Source: an uncultured Akkermansia sp. (GTDB lineage Bacteria > Verrucomicrobiota > Verrucomicrobiia > Verrucomicrobiales > Akkermansiaceae). From it: DNA of 64,000 bases. Position numbers and translations under genes: made by a program. Location of the stretch: positions 6,706-70,705 of the forward strand of contig CANQSS010000005.1 in assembly GCA_947626545.1 (NCBI GenBank), read 5' to 3'. Under the pieces are notes generated by a model. That model saw only the letters and a list, made by a program, of their open reading frames with translations. It searched no databases and had not been told where the DNA came from. This document shows, piece after piece, positions 1 through 9,822 of this stretch. Numbering within the stretch: position 1 is the first letter of the stretch; every line of letters starts with the position of its first letter.

Positions 1-273
1 CGCCCATGTCGGCTTCAAAATAGGCATGAGCACCAGCACGACAAACACGCACAACATGAGATAGGCACACAACAACAGCGCCACCCCTACCAACGCCGCG
101 GTAAGACGCCTTGCCTGTCTCCTTCCATACTCGTTGAGCTCCACTTGAAACAGCTCAGCCAACGCCTCCACGTGGCGCGTGGCATGCAACACAGCCTCGC
201 GCACACCTCCCAACACAGCCCCCCCCTGCTCGCGCAGGGTTGCCGGTTCCTCCGGGTGTTCGCTCTTGGCCAT
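1..273 (-). CDS. YqjE-like / phage-holin-family small membrane protein (DUF1469-like); C-terminus runs off the window
   Basis: Not in the ORF track because there is no stop in the window. ATG at 273..271, frame open to nt 1. My translation is MAKSEHPEEPATLREQGGAVLGGVREAVLHATRHVEALAELFQVELNEYGRRQARRLTAALVGVALLLCAYLMLCVFVVLVLMPIL..., an amphipathic helix followed by a TM helix. It starts 18 nt after the DUF883 gene, which is a yqjD-yqjE-like arrangement. Confidence 0.55.
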   Translation of the reverse strand, partial: MAKSEHPEEPATLREQGGAVLGGVREAVLHATRHVEALAELFQVELNEYGRRQARRLTAALVGVALLLCAYLMLCVFVVLVLMPILKPTWA

Positions 274-291
274 GGGATAGAAGGGGTAGAA

Positions 292-630
292 TTAGCGACG
301 ACTTCCCAAAAGCAGCCCCAAAACCAGCCCCACTCCCAATGCGCCAAGCACGCTCGTGGTCGGGTTTGCCTTCACGTACTCCTCCCCGGCGTGGTGCAGA
401 TCCTTCGCCTTGTTGCGCGTAGCATCCCAACCCTCGTGAAGCTGACGGCGCGCATCTTGCGTATAGCGACGCACATTCTCCACTTGGTCTGCCGTTGCAC
501 GGCGAAGCTTTTCATACTGCTCGCTTGCGAACTCGCGGGCTGCGCTCAGGCGTTTCTGGGTGTCGCTGGACGGAGCAGGGTCCGGCGCGGGGGCCGGCAC
601 AACATTCGGTTCTTTTTCTTCGTTGCTCAT
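292..630 (-). CDS. DUF883 / ElaB-YqjD family membrane-anchored stress protein
   Basis: ORF 292..798 trimmed to the internal ATG (cat at 628..630 on + strand), giving MSNEEKEP... The body is coiled-coil (EQYEKLRRATADQVENVRRYTQDARRQL...). The C-terminal anchor SVLGALGVGLVLGLLLGSRR is typical of the family. Confidence 0.8.
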   Translation of the reverse strand: MSNEEKEPNVVPAPAPDPAPSSDTQKRLSAAREFASEQYEKLRRATADQVENVRRYTQDARRQLHEGWDATRNKAKDLHHAGEEYVKANPTTSVLGALGVGLVLGLLLGSRR

Positions 631-910
631 GGTGGTATTTGGTTGACGCCATGCGGGGTCGCATTCCGGATGAGAGCTTCCCCTTACGTTTACCCCGCCA
701 TTATATGCACGTTTCGCATCCATTTGCAAGCTAACTCCAAAAGATGACGAATATTTTTCCCAACGGTTTAACTCTGCCGCACTGAGCCAGAGGCTCACGA
801 ATCCCTTATCGTAAATCGTCCGTCATAAATCATGAATAGCAAATGCGTTTCCAATGTATTTGCCCTGCGCGCCAAGTATGATTGCTTGCGAACATGCGGA
901 TTTGTCTTCA

Positions 911-1141
911 GGGTAAACGCATTTGAGAGAAGGTCATCAACAGAGAAAATGCTCTTAATGACTGATATCCCTGTTTATACGTATCAAAATCATCACAACA
1001 ACCGGTCATCATAATGATGGATCTAGAGGAATCTCTGCATACGTTAATGATCCGAAAAAAATCTGCGCAACGCGCACATTATTAATAAATCGTACATCGT
1101 ACATCGTACATAGGCAACCGCATTTTCTAATGCGGTTGCCC
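911..1141 (+). mobile_element. MITE-like intergenic repeat, full copy (family 1)
   Basis: 231 bp. Left end is GGGTAAACGCATT. Right end is the hairpin GGCAACCGCATT-TTCT-AATGCGGTTGCCC, the inverted copy of the left end. It has no ORF of transposase size. Near-identical copies lie at 14798..15146 and 17663..17899, with partial copies at 7968..8082 and 43823..44010. Confidence 0.75.
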
Positions 1142-1201
1142 TAGATTTGTCTTGCGTTTCACTGTCCAATTTGCTAAAGTTCCCCGGCTACACGTAATGG
1201 G

Positions 1202-2359
1202 ATGAAAGCTATACTTGCGCTAGAAGACGGTACGATATTCGAGGGAGAGTCCTTCGGAGCGACCGGTACCGTGACCGGTGAAGCGTGCTTCAACACCTCG
1301 ATGACCGGTTACCAGGAGGTACTCACCGATCCCTCTTACCGCGGACAAATCGTCACAATGACCTACCCGCTCATCGGCAACTACGGCGTCTGTGAGGAGG
1401 ACAACGAATCAGCCCATCCGCAGGTGCGCGGGTTTGCAGTGGCAGAGGTGGCTCGGCTGCACTCCAATTGGCGCTGCCGCGAATCACTGCCTGATTGGAT
1501 GGCGCGTTACGGCATTCCGGGCATTGAAGGGATTGACACGCGTAAGCTTACAAAACTACTGCGTACGAAAGGCGCCCAACGAGCATGTCTCACCACCGAA
1601 CTGACCGCTGAGCAGGCCGTAGCTGCGGCTCAAGCCGCTCCACCCATGGCAGGAAGCGACTTCGTGACTGAGGTGTCAACCCCAAAGGTGTATCACTGGG
1701 AGGAAGAATCTCGGGATTGGAAACTGCCAAACAAAACCTCAGGCGACCTCTCCAACTATGCTGAGCTTCCGCCCACTCGCTACCGTATTGTGGCGTTCGA
1801 TTTTGGAATCAAGAGGAACATCCTGCGCTGTCTGCGGCGGGATGGGTTTGACGTAACCGTGGTACCTGCCCACACCAAGGCAGAGGAAGTACTCTCCCTG
1901 CAGCCGGACGGCGTATTCCTTTCCAATGGACCGGGCGACCCTTCAGCTCTGCCCGACATCTATGCGGAAATTCAGAAACTCATCGGCAAGCTGCCTATCT
2001 TCGGCATTTGCCTGGGACACCAGTTGCTCGGCTTGGCTTTCGGCGGACGCACTTTCAAGTTGAAGTTCGGTCACCGGGGAGGTAATCAACCCGTCAAGGA
2101 TTTACGCACCGGCAAGGTAGCCATTACCTCCCAGAATCATGGTTTTGCCGTGGATCCGGAGTCCTTGCCGCCGGAAGCAGAAGTCACCCACATCAACCTC
2201 AACGACGGCACGGTGGAAGGGCTACGCCACAAAACGCTTCCCATTTTCTGTGTGCAGTACCACCCGGAAGCCGCTCCCGGTCCCAAAGATGCCACCTACT
2301 TTTTTGGCGAATTCATCGGGCTGATTGAAGACTTCAAGGCCGGCAAATATCAAGCTTAA
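1202..2359 (+). CDS. carA: Carbamoyl-phosphate synthase small (glutaminase) subunit
   Basis: 385 aa. N-terminal CPSase small-chain domain ([14 protein letters not shown]...). Class-I GATase motifs [12 protein letters not shown] and VQYHPEA. Confidence 0.97.
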   Translation: MKAILALEDGTIFEGESFGATGTVTGEACFNTSMTGYQEVLTDPSYRGQIVTMTYPLIGNYGVCEEDNESAHPQVRGFAVAEVARLHSNWRCRESLPDWMARYGIPGIEGIDTRKLTKLLRTKGAQRACLTTELTAEQAVAAAQAAPPMAGSDFVTEVSTPKVYHWEEESRDWKLPNKTSGDLSNYAELPPTRYRIVAFDFGIKRNILRCLRRDGFDVTVVPAHTKAEEVLSLQPDGVFLSNGPGDPSALPDIYAEIQKLIGKLPIFGICLGHQLLGLAFGGRTFKLKFGHRGGNQPVKDLRTGKVAITSQNHGFAVDPESLPPEAEVTHINLNDGTVEGLRHKTLPIFCVQYHPEAAPGPKDATYFFGEFIGLIEDFKAGKYQA

Positions 2360-2365
2360 GACACT

Positions 2366-3640
2366 ATGAATACACTCGTGATTGGTTCCCAGTGGGGAGA
2401 TGAAGGCAAGGGTAAGGTGATTGACTTTCTCACCGAAGATGCGGATATTGTGGTTCGCAGCCAGGGCGGCAGCAACGCCGGTCACACCGTCATCGCCCAC
2501 GGTAAGAAATACGTGCTGCACCTCGTGCCCTCCGGCATTCTCTGGCCCGGCAAGCTGAATGTTATCGGTAACGGCGTTGTCATCAATCCGACTTCCCTCG
2601 TAGAAGAAATGGCCTATTTGCGCGGCCTCGGCGTGGAGATCACTCCGGCAAACCTGCTGCTCTCTGACCGCGCCCATGTCGTGCTGCCCATCCACAAAAA
2701 AATTGATGCCGCGCAGGAGGAAGCGCTCGGCGACCACAAAATCGGCACTACCAAACAGGGCATCGGCCCCACCTATGCGGACAAGGTGCGTCGCGTCGGT
2801 ATCCGCATGGCTGATCTTGTCAATCCGGAGCACTTGAGGTCTGTTCTCACTGCTCGAATTGCGACCGCCAACGAAGAGCTGGTGCGCCTCGGCCACCCCG
2901 CCTCTGATCCGCAAGAGAACCTGAGCGCTGTCATGCAGGCTGCGGATGAGTTGCGTGCGCACATTACAAATACGATTCCTGTCCTCAATCACGCGGCAAA
3001 AGCAGGTAAAAGCATTCTTTTCGAAGGGGCTCAGGGTGCCATGCTTGATGTGGATTTTGGCACGTATCCCTTTGTCACCTCCTCCAACACCAGCGCCGGC
3101 GGCTGCTGCACCGGATCCGGCGTGCCGCCAACCGGCATCCACAAAATTATCGGCGTCTGCAAAGCCTACACCACTCGTGTGGGAGCCGGTCCTTTCGTCT
3201 CTGAGGATGCGCAGCTTGCCGATTACTTGCATGGGCTGGGGCGCGAATTCGGCGCCACTACGGGTCGCCCGCGCCGCTGTGGTTGGGCGGATGGTGTGGT
3301 TCTGCGCTTTTCCGCCATGTTCAACGGCTTTAATGAGATGGCCATGACCAATCTCGACGGTCTGGATGCATGCCAGGAAATCAAAATCTGCACCGGCTAC
3401 AAGCTTGGTGAACAAGTGCTGGAGTACCCCCCTGCCCTCATCGATGATTGGCAGCGGTGCGTGCCCATCTACGAAACCCTGCCCGGCTGGATGCAAGACA
3501 CAACGAAGTGCACATCTTGGGAACAGCTCCCGACTAATTGCCAATCGTACGTCAAACGCTTTGGGGAAATCATCGGCTGTCCTGTCGGTTCCGTCGGCGT
3601 TGGCCCCGACCGAGCTCAAACTCTCGCCGTACCCCACTGA
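2366..3640 (+). CDS. purA: Adenylosuccinate synthase
   Basis: 424 aa. Motifs QWGDEGKGK P-loop, GGSNAGHT, TTKQGIGPTY and KAYTTRVGAGPF. Starts 7 nt after carA. Confidence 0.97.
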   Translation: MNTLVIGSQWGDEGKGKVIDFLTEDADIVVRSQGGSNAGHTVIAHGKKYVLHLVPSGILWPGKLNVIGNGVVINPTSLVEEMAYLRGLGVEITPANLLLSDRAHVVLPIHKKIDAAQEEALGDHKIGTTKQGIGPTYADKVRRVGIRMADLVNPEHLRSVLTARIATANEELVRLGHPASDPQENLSAVMQAADELRAHITNTIPVLNHAAKAGKSILFEGAQGAMLDVDFGTYPFVTSSNTSAGGCCTGSGVPPTGIHKIIGVCKAYTTRVGAGPFVSEDAQLADYLHGLGREFGATTGRPRRCGWADGVVLRFSAMFNGFNEMAMTNLDGLDACQEIKICTGYKLGEQVLEYPPALIDDWQRCVPIYETLPGWMQDTTKCTSWEQLPTNCQSYVKRFGEIIGCPVGSVGVGPDRAQTLAVPH

Positions 3641-3708
3641 GCGAGCGCGCTGGCGAGGAAAACGACTTCGAGTCGATTCCTTGAATAAGTCAGCGCATGT
3701 ACTGCGGA

Positions 3709-4070
3709 CCACACGTGTCCCATGAAAAAAGCGATCCCAACACGCAGCGATCGGTGTACAATGCGGCATAACGTGTTCATAATTTACGATTTACGATTTA
3801 CGATTTGGAAAATTCCCGCGCTTGCGCGCAAGTTCGGCGGAGCAGATGCGAGCGAAATGTGATGAAGCTGTACACGGGCATAATTAGAAAGGTGCGGGGA
3901 TGCGGAGCAGGAGCGCGGAGAAACTTTCAAAACATTGCGTGTTTTCAGTTAAAATGATTCGTAGATATGCGATGCCAGCTTGCAGATTTCTTTTTCACCG
4001 TACTTCTTCCATGAAACGCATGAGGAATGGGTTGAATGAGCCCGGAGAATATTTTTATTGGGACGGATGT
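3709..4070 (+). repeat. Composite intergenic repeat (module 3 plus TTTACGA heptamers), copy 1
   Basis: About 360 bp. It aligns by eye at high identity to the reverse complement of 9934..10278, and its 3' part aligns to 43700..43822. Contains (TTTACGA)x3 at 3781..3806. Confidence 0.75.
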
Positions 4071-4137
4071 AACTGCGGACACAAAAAGGGAATCTAACGG
4101 CTTGCCCCGGGGAAGACGTGTCGGTAGAATAGGCATC

Positions 4138-5196
4138 ATGATACCGAAAACATTTCCACGAATTCCGGAGAAATTGGTGAATGATCACGGGGAGCCGTTG
4201 CGTGTGCTGTATTTGGCGCCATACGCGCCGGATGGCCCCGACTTCAGCGTGAAGCCCTACAAGGGCAATGGCGGCTACCCGCAATATCACCACAGTATTT
4301 TTCGGCTGCTGCAAAGCATCGGGTGTGAAGTGTACTCCAGCTCGAAACCATACGCCATCTTGCAAGCAAAGGGCAATGTGGATTACGTTTTCTCGCTGCT
4401 CAATCGCATCCCCATTGAAAATCCGGAGATTTTCATCTCATCGTACTGCGAGTTTGCGCGCATCCCTTACTTGGGCGCCCCGCCGAACATCCGCGCCATG
4501 GCGGAGGATAAGTGGCTCATGAAACTGGCGTTCTCAGGGCTGCATCTCCCCGTGGCTCCGGGGGTGGTAATCGGCAAGCTTTCGGAACCTCCCTCTGATC
4601 CACCACAACAACTCAACCACGTCAAACGTTTCTTCGTGAAAAAACGCTTCGGTGCTGCGTCTGACTGCATTACTGAGGCCAACATAGTCGACAGCTGGCA
4701 GGAAGCGGCTGACTGCGCCCGTGGTCTCAATGCACAGGGGCACGATGCTCTCATCGAAGAGTTTTGCCCCGGTACGGACTACACGGTGCCCGTGGTCGGC
4801 GGTCCGGTTGAGCCGACGATTTTGGGCTTTGTGAAACCGGGGTCGGACAAAAAGGAAGGCATCCTCACCGGTGACTTGAAGCTGCACGACCACTTGGGTT
4901 ATCAATGGGCGGATTTACCCGAGCAAGTGCAGCAGCAGATACGCGGGGACGTGATGACCGTGTGGCGGGGGCTGGGACCCATCGACTATTTCCGTCTGGA
5001 CTACCGCATCGATCCCTCGGCAGGCACACGCCGGCTCATCGAAATGAACATTTGCTGTTACATCGGCAAGTCCGGTCCTTTCGCCATGGGGGCGGAAAAG
5101 TGGGGGCTGTCGCATGGTGAACTGATGAAAGCCATTCTGCAGTATAGTCTGGATCGTCAGCGCCATTTCCGGACAAACAGCCGCTGTATCATCTGA
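4138..5196 (+). CDS. ATP-grasp domain protein (D-alanine--D-alanine ligase-like)
   Basis: ORF 4036..5196. The first 34 codons lie inside the dispersed repeat, so I prefer the start at ATG 4138 (MIPKTFP...). ATP-grasp-like features are YLGAPPNIRAMAEDKWLMK, FFVKKRFGAASDCI, LIEEFCPGTDYTVPVVGG and RLIEMN. Confidence 0.7.
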   Translation: MIPKTFPRIPEKLVNDHGEPLRVLYLAPYAPDGPDFSVKPYKGNGGYPQYHHSIFRLLQSIGCEVYSSSKPYAILQAKGNVDYVFSLLNRIPIENPEIFISSYCEFARIPYLGAPPNIRAMAEDKWLMKLAFSGLHLPVAPGVVIGKLSEPPSDPPQQLNHVKRFFVKKRFGAASDCITEANIVDSWQEAADCARGLNAQGHDALIEEFCPGTDYTVPVVGGPVEPTILGFVKPGSDKKEGILTGDLKLHDHLGYQWADLPEQVQQQIRGDVMTVWRGLGPIDYFRLDYRIDPSAGTRRLIEMNICCYIGKSGPFAMGAEKWGLSHGELMKAILQYSLDRQRHFRTNSRCII

Positions 5197-5225
5197 TTCC
5201 CGATCGGGGCAGACGGGGTCTGCCT

Positions 5226-5345
5226 ATGTACGATGTACGATGTACGATTTGAGGAATTCGCGCGCGTTGCGCGGGGAAGTCTCCGGAGTGACGCCATGCC
5301 GGCTCCACTACCTTGCTCAATCACCAACTGCTTGCCGTCTTGCTG
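5226..5345 (+). repeat. Partial intergenic repeat ((ATGTACG)x3 plus module shared with 15509..15600)
   Basis: ATGTACGATGTACGATGTACGATTT is followed by GCGCGCGTTGCGCGGGGAA...CCTTGCTCAATCACCAA. This matches GCGCGCGTTGCGTGGGAAA...CCTTGCTCAATCATCAA at about 15520..15590. A GGCAGAC-GGG-GTCTGCC hairpin precedes it (about 5206..5222). Confidence 0.6.
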
Positions 5346-5361
5346 ACTCATGGCAACCTCA

Positions 5362-7524
5362 TTACTCACCTCGAAGTGACTTGATGCGGTCGCGCAAGAC
5401 GGCAGCCACCTCGAAATCCAAACGTGCTGCCGCCTCTCGCATTTCTTTCTCCAAGCGCGCAATGGTGACTTCGGGGGTCTCATCCTCCTCTGCCGCTGCC
5501 AATACTTCCTCCTCCTCATCCGGAGTGTAGAGACGCAATGCACTCTGGTCAGCTCGGGCCACGCTGTGTGGCACAATGCCGTGTTCTTTGTTGTAAGCAA
5601 GCTGGATTTTACGGCGACGGTCACTTTCCTCCACGAGGGCTCGTATCGAGTCCGTAACCACATCGCAGAAAAGCACGCACTCCCCGTGCACATGGCGGGC
5701 AGCGCGGCCGGCTGTCTGAACCAGGCTGGTCTCGTTGCGCAGAAATCCCTCCTTATCGGCATCCAGAATGCAGACGAGCGAAACCTCCGGCAAATCTAGG
5801 CCCTCGCGCAGCAGGTTGATGCCCACGAGAATGTCAACCTTGCCACTGCGCAGCTTGCGCAGAATCTCCACACGCTCGATGGCATCCACATCCGCATGAA
5901 TATACTCCACACGCAAATCCACTTTCCGCAAATAATCGGTAAGATCCTCTGCCGTGCGTTTGGTAAGGGTGGTGATCAGCACGCGTTCGTGCACCTGAAC
6001 GCGCTCATGGCACAGCTCGATCGTCTTGTCAATTTGTCCCTCCAGCGGGAGGATGGTGATTTTGGGTTCCGGCAAGCCGGTGGGACGAATCAGCTGTTCC
6101 ACGATGAGAGCTTGCCCAAGGCGTGTGGGATCAAAACTCTCCACCGAAGCATTAGAAGGATGCGGCAGCACGCGCAGTTCTGCCAAATTGTGGAAAAAGA
6201 CTCCGCGAAAGCCTTCCGGCGCACGGGTAATGGCTCGGCTGGCTTTCTCACTGCGCGCATGCGTGTTGCCCCGCTTCGCTTTCAGAATCGGTATAAAGCT
6301 CTTATTGCCCGGCACGCAGTTCACATACTCAAAGGGACCGGGGGTCGCACTCATGTAAACGATCTGCGCTTGGCGGGCCATAAACTCATCAAAACGCAGA
6401 GGACGATTGTCCAGTGCAGAAGGCAGTCGGAAGCCATAATCGATGAGCACCTGCTTGCGAGAACGATCTCCCTCGTACATACCGCCGATCTGCGGCACTG
6501 TGGCGTGCGATTCATCAATGATCGTCAGGTGATCTGCCGGAAAGTAGTCCTGAAGGGTCGAGGGCGTGCTGCCGGGGGCTCGTCCGGCAAGGTGGCGCGA
6601 GTAATTCTCGATGCCCTTGCAATAGCCGATTTCGTTGATAAGCTCCAGATCATAGTCCGTACGCATTTTGAGCCGCTGCGCCTCGATGAGCTTGTTCTGC
6701 GACTCCAGCCAGGCAACGCGCTCCGCCAGTTCTGCGCGAATGCTCTGCATGGCCGCTGCTCGCTTTTCCGGGGCCGAAACATATTGCTTCACCGGGAAAA
6801 AGAGGTAGTTCGACAACCTCTCGCGCACGCGACCCGTGCCGGCATCAATGAGTGAAACACGATCAATTTCATCTCCAAAAAACTCCACCCGTATGGCTTC
6901 CCCATCGCTCTGACCGGGGTAAATCTCCACCACATCCCCGCGAACACGAAACGTTCCTCGCCGAAAATCATAATCGCTGCGCTCGTATAAAAGCTCCGTG
7001 AGGCACACCAACAAAGCATCCCGGTTCATTTCCTGCCCGGTGGCGATGGAAAGCGTGAGGTTGCGATAATCCTCCGGCGAACCGAGTCCGTAGATGCACG
7101 AAACACTCGCCACCACGATGACGTCTTTCCTTAGCAGCAGAGAACGCATCGCGTTCAGACAAAGTCGGTCAATTTCCTCGTTGATGGCACTGTCCTTTTC
7201 GATGTACGTATCCGTGCTGGCAATGTAGGCCTCCGGCTGGTAATAATCAAAGTAGGATACAAAGTACTCTACCGCATTCTGGGGGAAAAAAGCCTTCAAT
7301 TCAGAGTAGAGCTGAGCAGCGAGCGTCTTGTTGTGCGAGAGCACCAGCACCGGCCTATCTTGTTGGGCAATGATGTTAGCCATCGTGAACGTTTTGCCAC
7401 TGCCCGTCACCCCCAGCAAACACTGGTGACGATTCCCGGCGCGCAGCGATTTCAAGAGCTTGCCGATGGCCTGCTCCTGATCACCGGACGGCGTGTAATC
7501 CGTCACTAGTCGGAAGATTGACAT
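5362..7524 (-). CDS. uvrB: Excinuclease ABC subunit B
   Basis: 720 aa. Has Walker A GVTGSGKTF, helicase motifs, and a C-terminal UVR domain (AAARLDFEVAAVLRDRIKSL). Confidence 0.97.
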   Translation of the reverse strand: MSIFRLVTDYTPSGDQEQAIGKLLKSLRAGNRHQCLLGVTGSGKTFTMANIIAQQDRPVLVLSHNKTLAAQLYSELKAFFPQNAVEYFVSYFDYYQPEAYIASTDTYIEKDSAINEEIDRLCLNAMRSLLLRKDVIVVASVSCIYGLGSPEDYRNLTLSIATGQEMNRDALLVCLTELLYERSDYDFRRGTFRVRGDVVEIYPGQSDGEAIRVEFFGDEIDRVSLIDAGTGRVRERLSNYLFFPVKQYVSAPEKRAAAMQSIRAELAERVAWLESQNKLIEAQRLKMRTDYDLELINEIGYCKGIENYSRHLAGRAPGSTPSTLQDYFPADHLTIIDESHATVPQIGGMYEGDRSRKQVLIDYGFRLPSALDNRPLRFDEFMARQAQIVYMSATPGPFEYVNCVPGNKSFIPILKAKRGNTHARSEKASRAITRAPEGFRGVFFHNLAELRVLPHPSNASVESFDPTRLGQALIVEQLIRPTGLPEPKITILPLEGQIDKTIELCHERVQVHERVLITTLTKRTAEDLTDYLRKVDLRVEYIHADVDAIERVEILRKLRSGKVDILVGINLLREGLDLPEVSLVCILDADKEGFLRNETSLVQTAGRAARHVHGECVLFCDVVTDSIRALVEESDRRRKIQLAYNKEHGIVPHSVARADQSALRLYTPDEEEEVLAAAEEDETPEVTIARLEKEMREAAARLDFEVAAVLRDRIKSLRGE

Positions 7525-7580
7525 CTGCTCATTCCTTCATTGACAGCACGGGGATTTTGAGGCATAGTACGAACACGCCC

Positions 7581-7943
7581 ATGTACATCCCCACCCAGGA
7601 AGTAAGATACAGCAAAATAGCACGAATTACGCTCTTTCTTTGTGTCATGGCGCCATCGGCTGTAGTCGCGTGGCTCGGCGGCATTCATGGCATTTTGGAT
7701 TGCGCCATCGCCTTTCTCTGGCCGTTGGCCTTGCCCCTCATCTATCTCGATTTTGCCCCCCTGGCGGCTCTCTGCTGCTCAGCGCTGCTCCAGGCCGTCG
7801 TTTTTTACTGCGTGGTGCGCTCACGACGTCTCACCGCTCGCGGCAAAGCCACCTTTGCCATCACATGGGGCATGTTTTTCGCCCTCATCCTGCGGCTTGC
7901 CCTTGCCTACCAAGCCTGGCAGAGTGTATTCCCTGCGCCATAA
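7581..7943 (+). CDS. Small hydrophobic membrane protein, function unknown
   Basis: ORF 7518..7943 trimmed to ATG 7581 to avoid overlap with the uvrB start. Three or four predicted TM helices (ITLFLCVMAPSAVVAWLGG..., FLWPLALPLIYL..., WGMFFALILRLALAY). No recognisable motif. Confidence 0.4.
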   Translation: MYIPTQEVRYSKIARITLFLCVMAPSAVVAWLGGIHGILDCAIAFLWPLALPLIYLDFAPLAALCCSALLQAVVFYCVVRSRRLTARGKATFAITWGMFFALILRLALAYQAWQSVFPAP

Positions 7944-7967
7944 GCAAGACAATCGGCCTCTTTACCA

Positions 7968-8082
7968 GGGCGACCGCATTTGAGAAAAGTCAATCAACAG
8001 AGGGAATCCTCTTATTGACTGATATCACTGTTTATACGCATCAAAAATCGTGACAACCAGCGACCATCATGATGATGGCTCG
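7968..8082 (+). repeat. Family-1 MITE, truncated copy (left half only)
   Basis: GGGCGACCGCATTTGAGAAAAGTCAATCAACAGAGGGAATCCTCTTATTGACTGATATCACTG... aligns to the first ~115 bp of 911..1141. Confidence 0.65.
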
Positions 8083-8745
8083 AACGCAAAACCCGTGTGA
8101 TTCGCTTTCTGTCGTCGGGGTGCGGAGGGAAGAAGCTGATACGGCTAGTAAGCAATCTTCTTCAGTTTTCTCAGCCGTTTCTTAATTTCCAATATTTTTC
8201 TTCCTTCATTGATAAAGGACATGGCACCTGCCGTGTACCTTCCCCCGCATATGCGCTCCATTGATCTTACTGCACCGAGCAACCCTGTTCCAGATTGTTC
8301 AAAATGCTCCGGATCCCCATCATTGACAGCCTTGATACCAGCTTAGATGTGGGAAGTCCAATTTGTTCCGAGTTTTTCTGTTTTCCCGAAGTCATTTTTT
8401 CCTGAAGGGACATAGACAGAACACTGGAGATATCGTTTCATTCAGTAAATTCCAGCTTCGATTCCACTTCGAAGGACTCTCATTCATCCTTGACCCGTTC
8501 TGCTTCTCGTCTCTCTTCTTCCCCTCGAGCTTTTCGTTCTACTTCCATACGCTCCTAATTGCTTTTTGTTTTCCCATTCGAAGGCTCTGTCGAAAGTTGA
8601 TTTCTTGTCAGAGAAGAGCAAGCGTCAGGTGCAGAAAAGAGGGGGATTGATGGGCAAATTGGGGGAATGATACGTGTTTCTGGATTGACGCACAGACACA
8701 TCCGGACATAGATTACTCAACCCGGCAAAATACCGGATATTCATT

Positions 8746-9762
8746 ATGAGTAAAATACATAAAAATTGGACTAAAGAGATGGGGGTTATACCAGGTGATG
8801 TAATGCGTCTCGGACGCGAGTTGTTGGAGACGTGCCCGCATAACATAAAGGGAACGGCAAGACTCAATTACTGCCGGGAGATTATCATCGAAGGGAGTCG
8901 AGCCATGAAGGAAGCAACCTGTTCGGTTACATTCCGCGAAGCCGTAAAGGTATCTCTGCGCGAACGCGCTGGGCGGCGTCCCAGCACGCTGCGCGAGTTA
9001 CGTTATGTATGCAAGCGTATTCTGGAAGGTTCACCCGACATAGCTAAGATGAAACTGCGCCGCATCAAAACTGAGCATTGTTATAATGTACTCTCATCTC
9101 TCTTCCCAATTCCTAGGCAATTCCGCAAAGCGAGAGTCATATTGCACTCCATTTTCGCTTGCGGAATACGTCATGGGTGGTGCTGCAGCAACCCGGTTGA
9201 CGGAGTAACTGAACCTCCTTTAGCGGAAGTCGAGATAACGGCTCTCGCGTGGGAAAAGCTCAGAAAGCTGGTACAGAAGGCTCGTGAAGCGCAGCACCGT
9301 CCCTGCGCCGCGATGCTGGGAGTTATGCTCTGGGGTGGTATACGTCCTGCCGAGGCGCAGCGATTGCGTTGGGAGGACATTAACTGGGAAGAAGGAATCA
9401 TCCTCTTACCGGCTCGACACAGCAAAACAGGTGGGGCGCGTTGCATCACGCTCCATCCGGTGCTGAGGCGCTGGTTGACGCAGATATGTGAGGGGAAGAG
9501 GCGAACCGGTTTGCTTTGTCCGAGAAGTTGGGGAAACCGCTGGAGTAAACTACGACGCGAGTCGGGGATAGAGGAGTGGCAGCAGGATGTACTGCGTCAC
9601 ACCTTTGCCAGCTACCATCTCAAGCACTTCAAAGAGCTTTCGCGGCTGCAACTGGAAATGGGACATTCCTCACTAGAGCTCCTGCGCACGCGCTATTTGA
9701 ACATGCGAGACATCACAAAGGAGCACGCGCGTCAGTTTTGGTCACCGAAAGAATGGTGTTAA
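8746..9762 (+). CDS. Tyrosine-type site-specific recombinase / integrase
   Basis: 338 aa. C-terminal catalytic signature is present: GGIRPAEAQRLRWEDI (Arg), DVLRHTFASY (H-x-x-R), EMGHSS and LLRTRYLN (Tyr). Confidence 0.85.
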   Translation: MSKIHKNWTKEMGVIPGDVMRLGRELLETCPHNIKGTARLNYCREIIIEGSRAMKEATCSVTFREAVKVSLRERAGRRPSTLRELRYVCKRILEGSPDIAKMKLRRIKTEHCYNVLSSLFPIPRQFRKARVILHSIFACGIRHGWCCSNPVDGVTEPPLAEVEITALAWEKLRKLVQKAREAQHRPCAAMLGVMLWGGIRPAEAQRLRWEDINWEEGIILLPARHSKTGGARCITLHPVLRRWLTQICEGKRRTGLLCPRSWGNRWSKLRRESGIEEWQQDVLRHTFASYHLKHFKELSRLQLEMGHSSLELLRTRYLNMRDITKEHARQFWSPKEWC

Positions 9763-9793
9763 CAGGGAGAAAGATCCGTGTTACGCACCCATC

Positions 9794-9822
9794 GAGCCGC
9801 CCGGATTGGGCGGCTCTTTTTT
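9794..9822 (+). terminator. Rho-independent terminator after the integrase
   Basis: 9-bp stem GAGCCGCCC / GGGCGGCTC with a 5-nt loop, then TTTTTT. Lies 32 nt after the stop. Confidence 0.6.

Noticed and set aside
219-226. Suspected frameshift at a C8 tract in the YqjE-like gene
   Set aside because: Codon-by-codon re-reading from ATG 273 shows the tract is in frame (CAG GGG GGG GCT). The protein continues sensibly to nt 1, so no frameshift is needed.
832-1014. Short ORFs inside dispersed repeats: 832..1014, 3900..4097, 14880..15230, 15270..15578, 15458..15682, 16981..17496, 18478..18684, 42006..42356, 43606..43788 and 54161..54418
   Set aside because: They lie wholly within repeat copies, and their reading frames are not preserved between copies. 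No start or stop conservation and no motifs. Treated as non-coding repeat sequence.
2222-3769. 515-aa ORF on the minus strand
   Set aside because: It lies entirely antisense to purA, whose motifs are unambiguous. The sequence is Arg/Ala/Gly-rich and low-information, typical of shadow ORFs in G+C-rich DNA.
8145-8261. 38-codon minus-strand ORF (MERICGG...RKILEIKKRLRKLKKIAY*) resembling the basic C-terminal tails of the DUF4422/GT8 proteins
   Set aside because: The similarity is limited to a Lys/Arg-rich tail and is too short to call a gene fragment.
8363-8650. 95-aa ORF upstream of the integrase (possible excisionase)
   Set aside because: It has Phe/Ser/Leu-rich low-complexity sequence with no HTH-like segment. 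The minus-strand alternatives are under 35 codons. Not supportable.
7944-8745. Search for a tRNA/tmRNA attachment site next to the integrase
   Set aside because: I found no T-arm-like GGTTCGAATCC/GGTTCAANNCC motif or cloverleaf-compatible sequence here, or anywhere else in the window.
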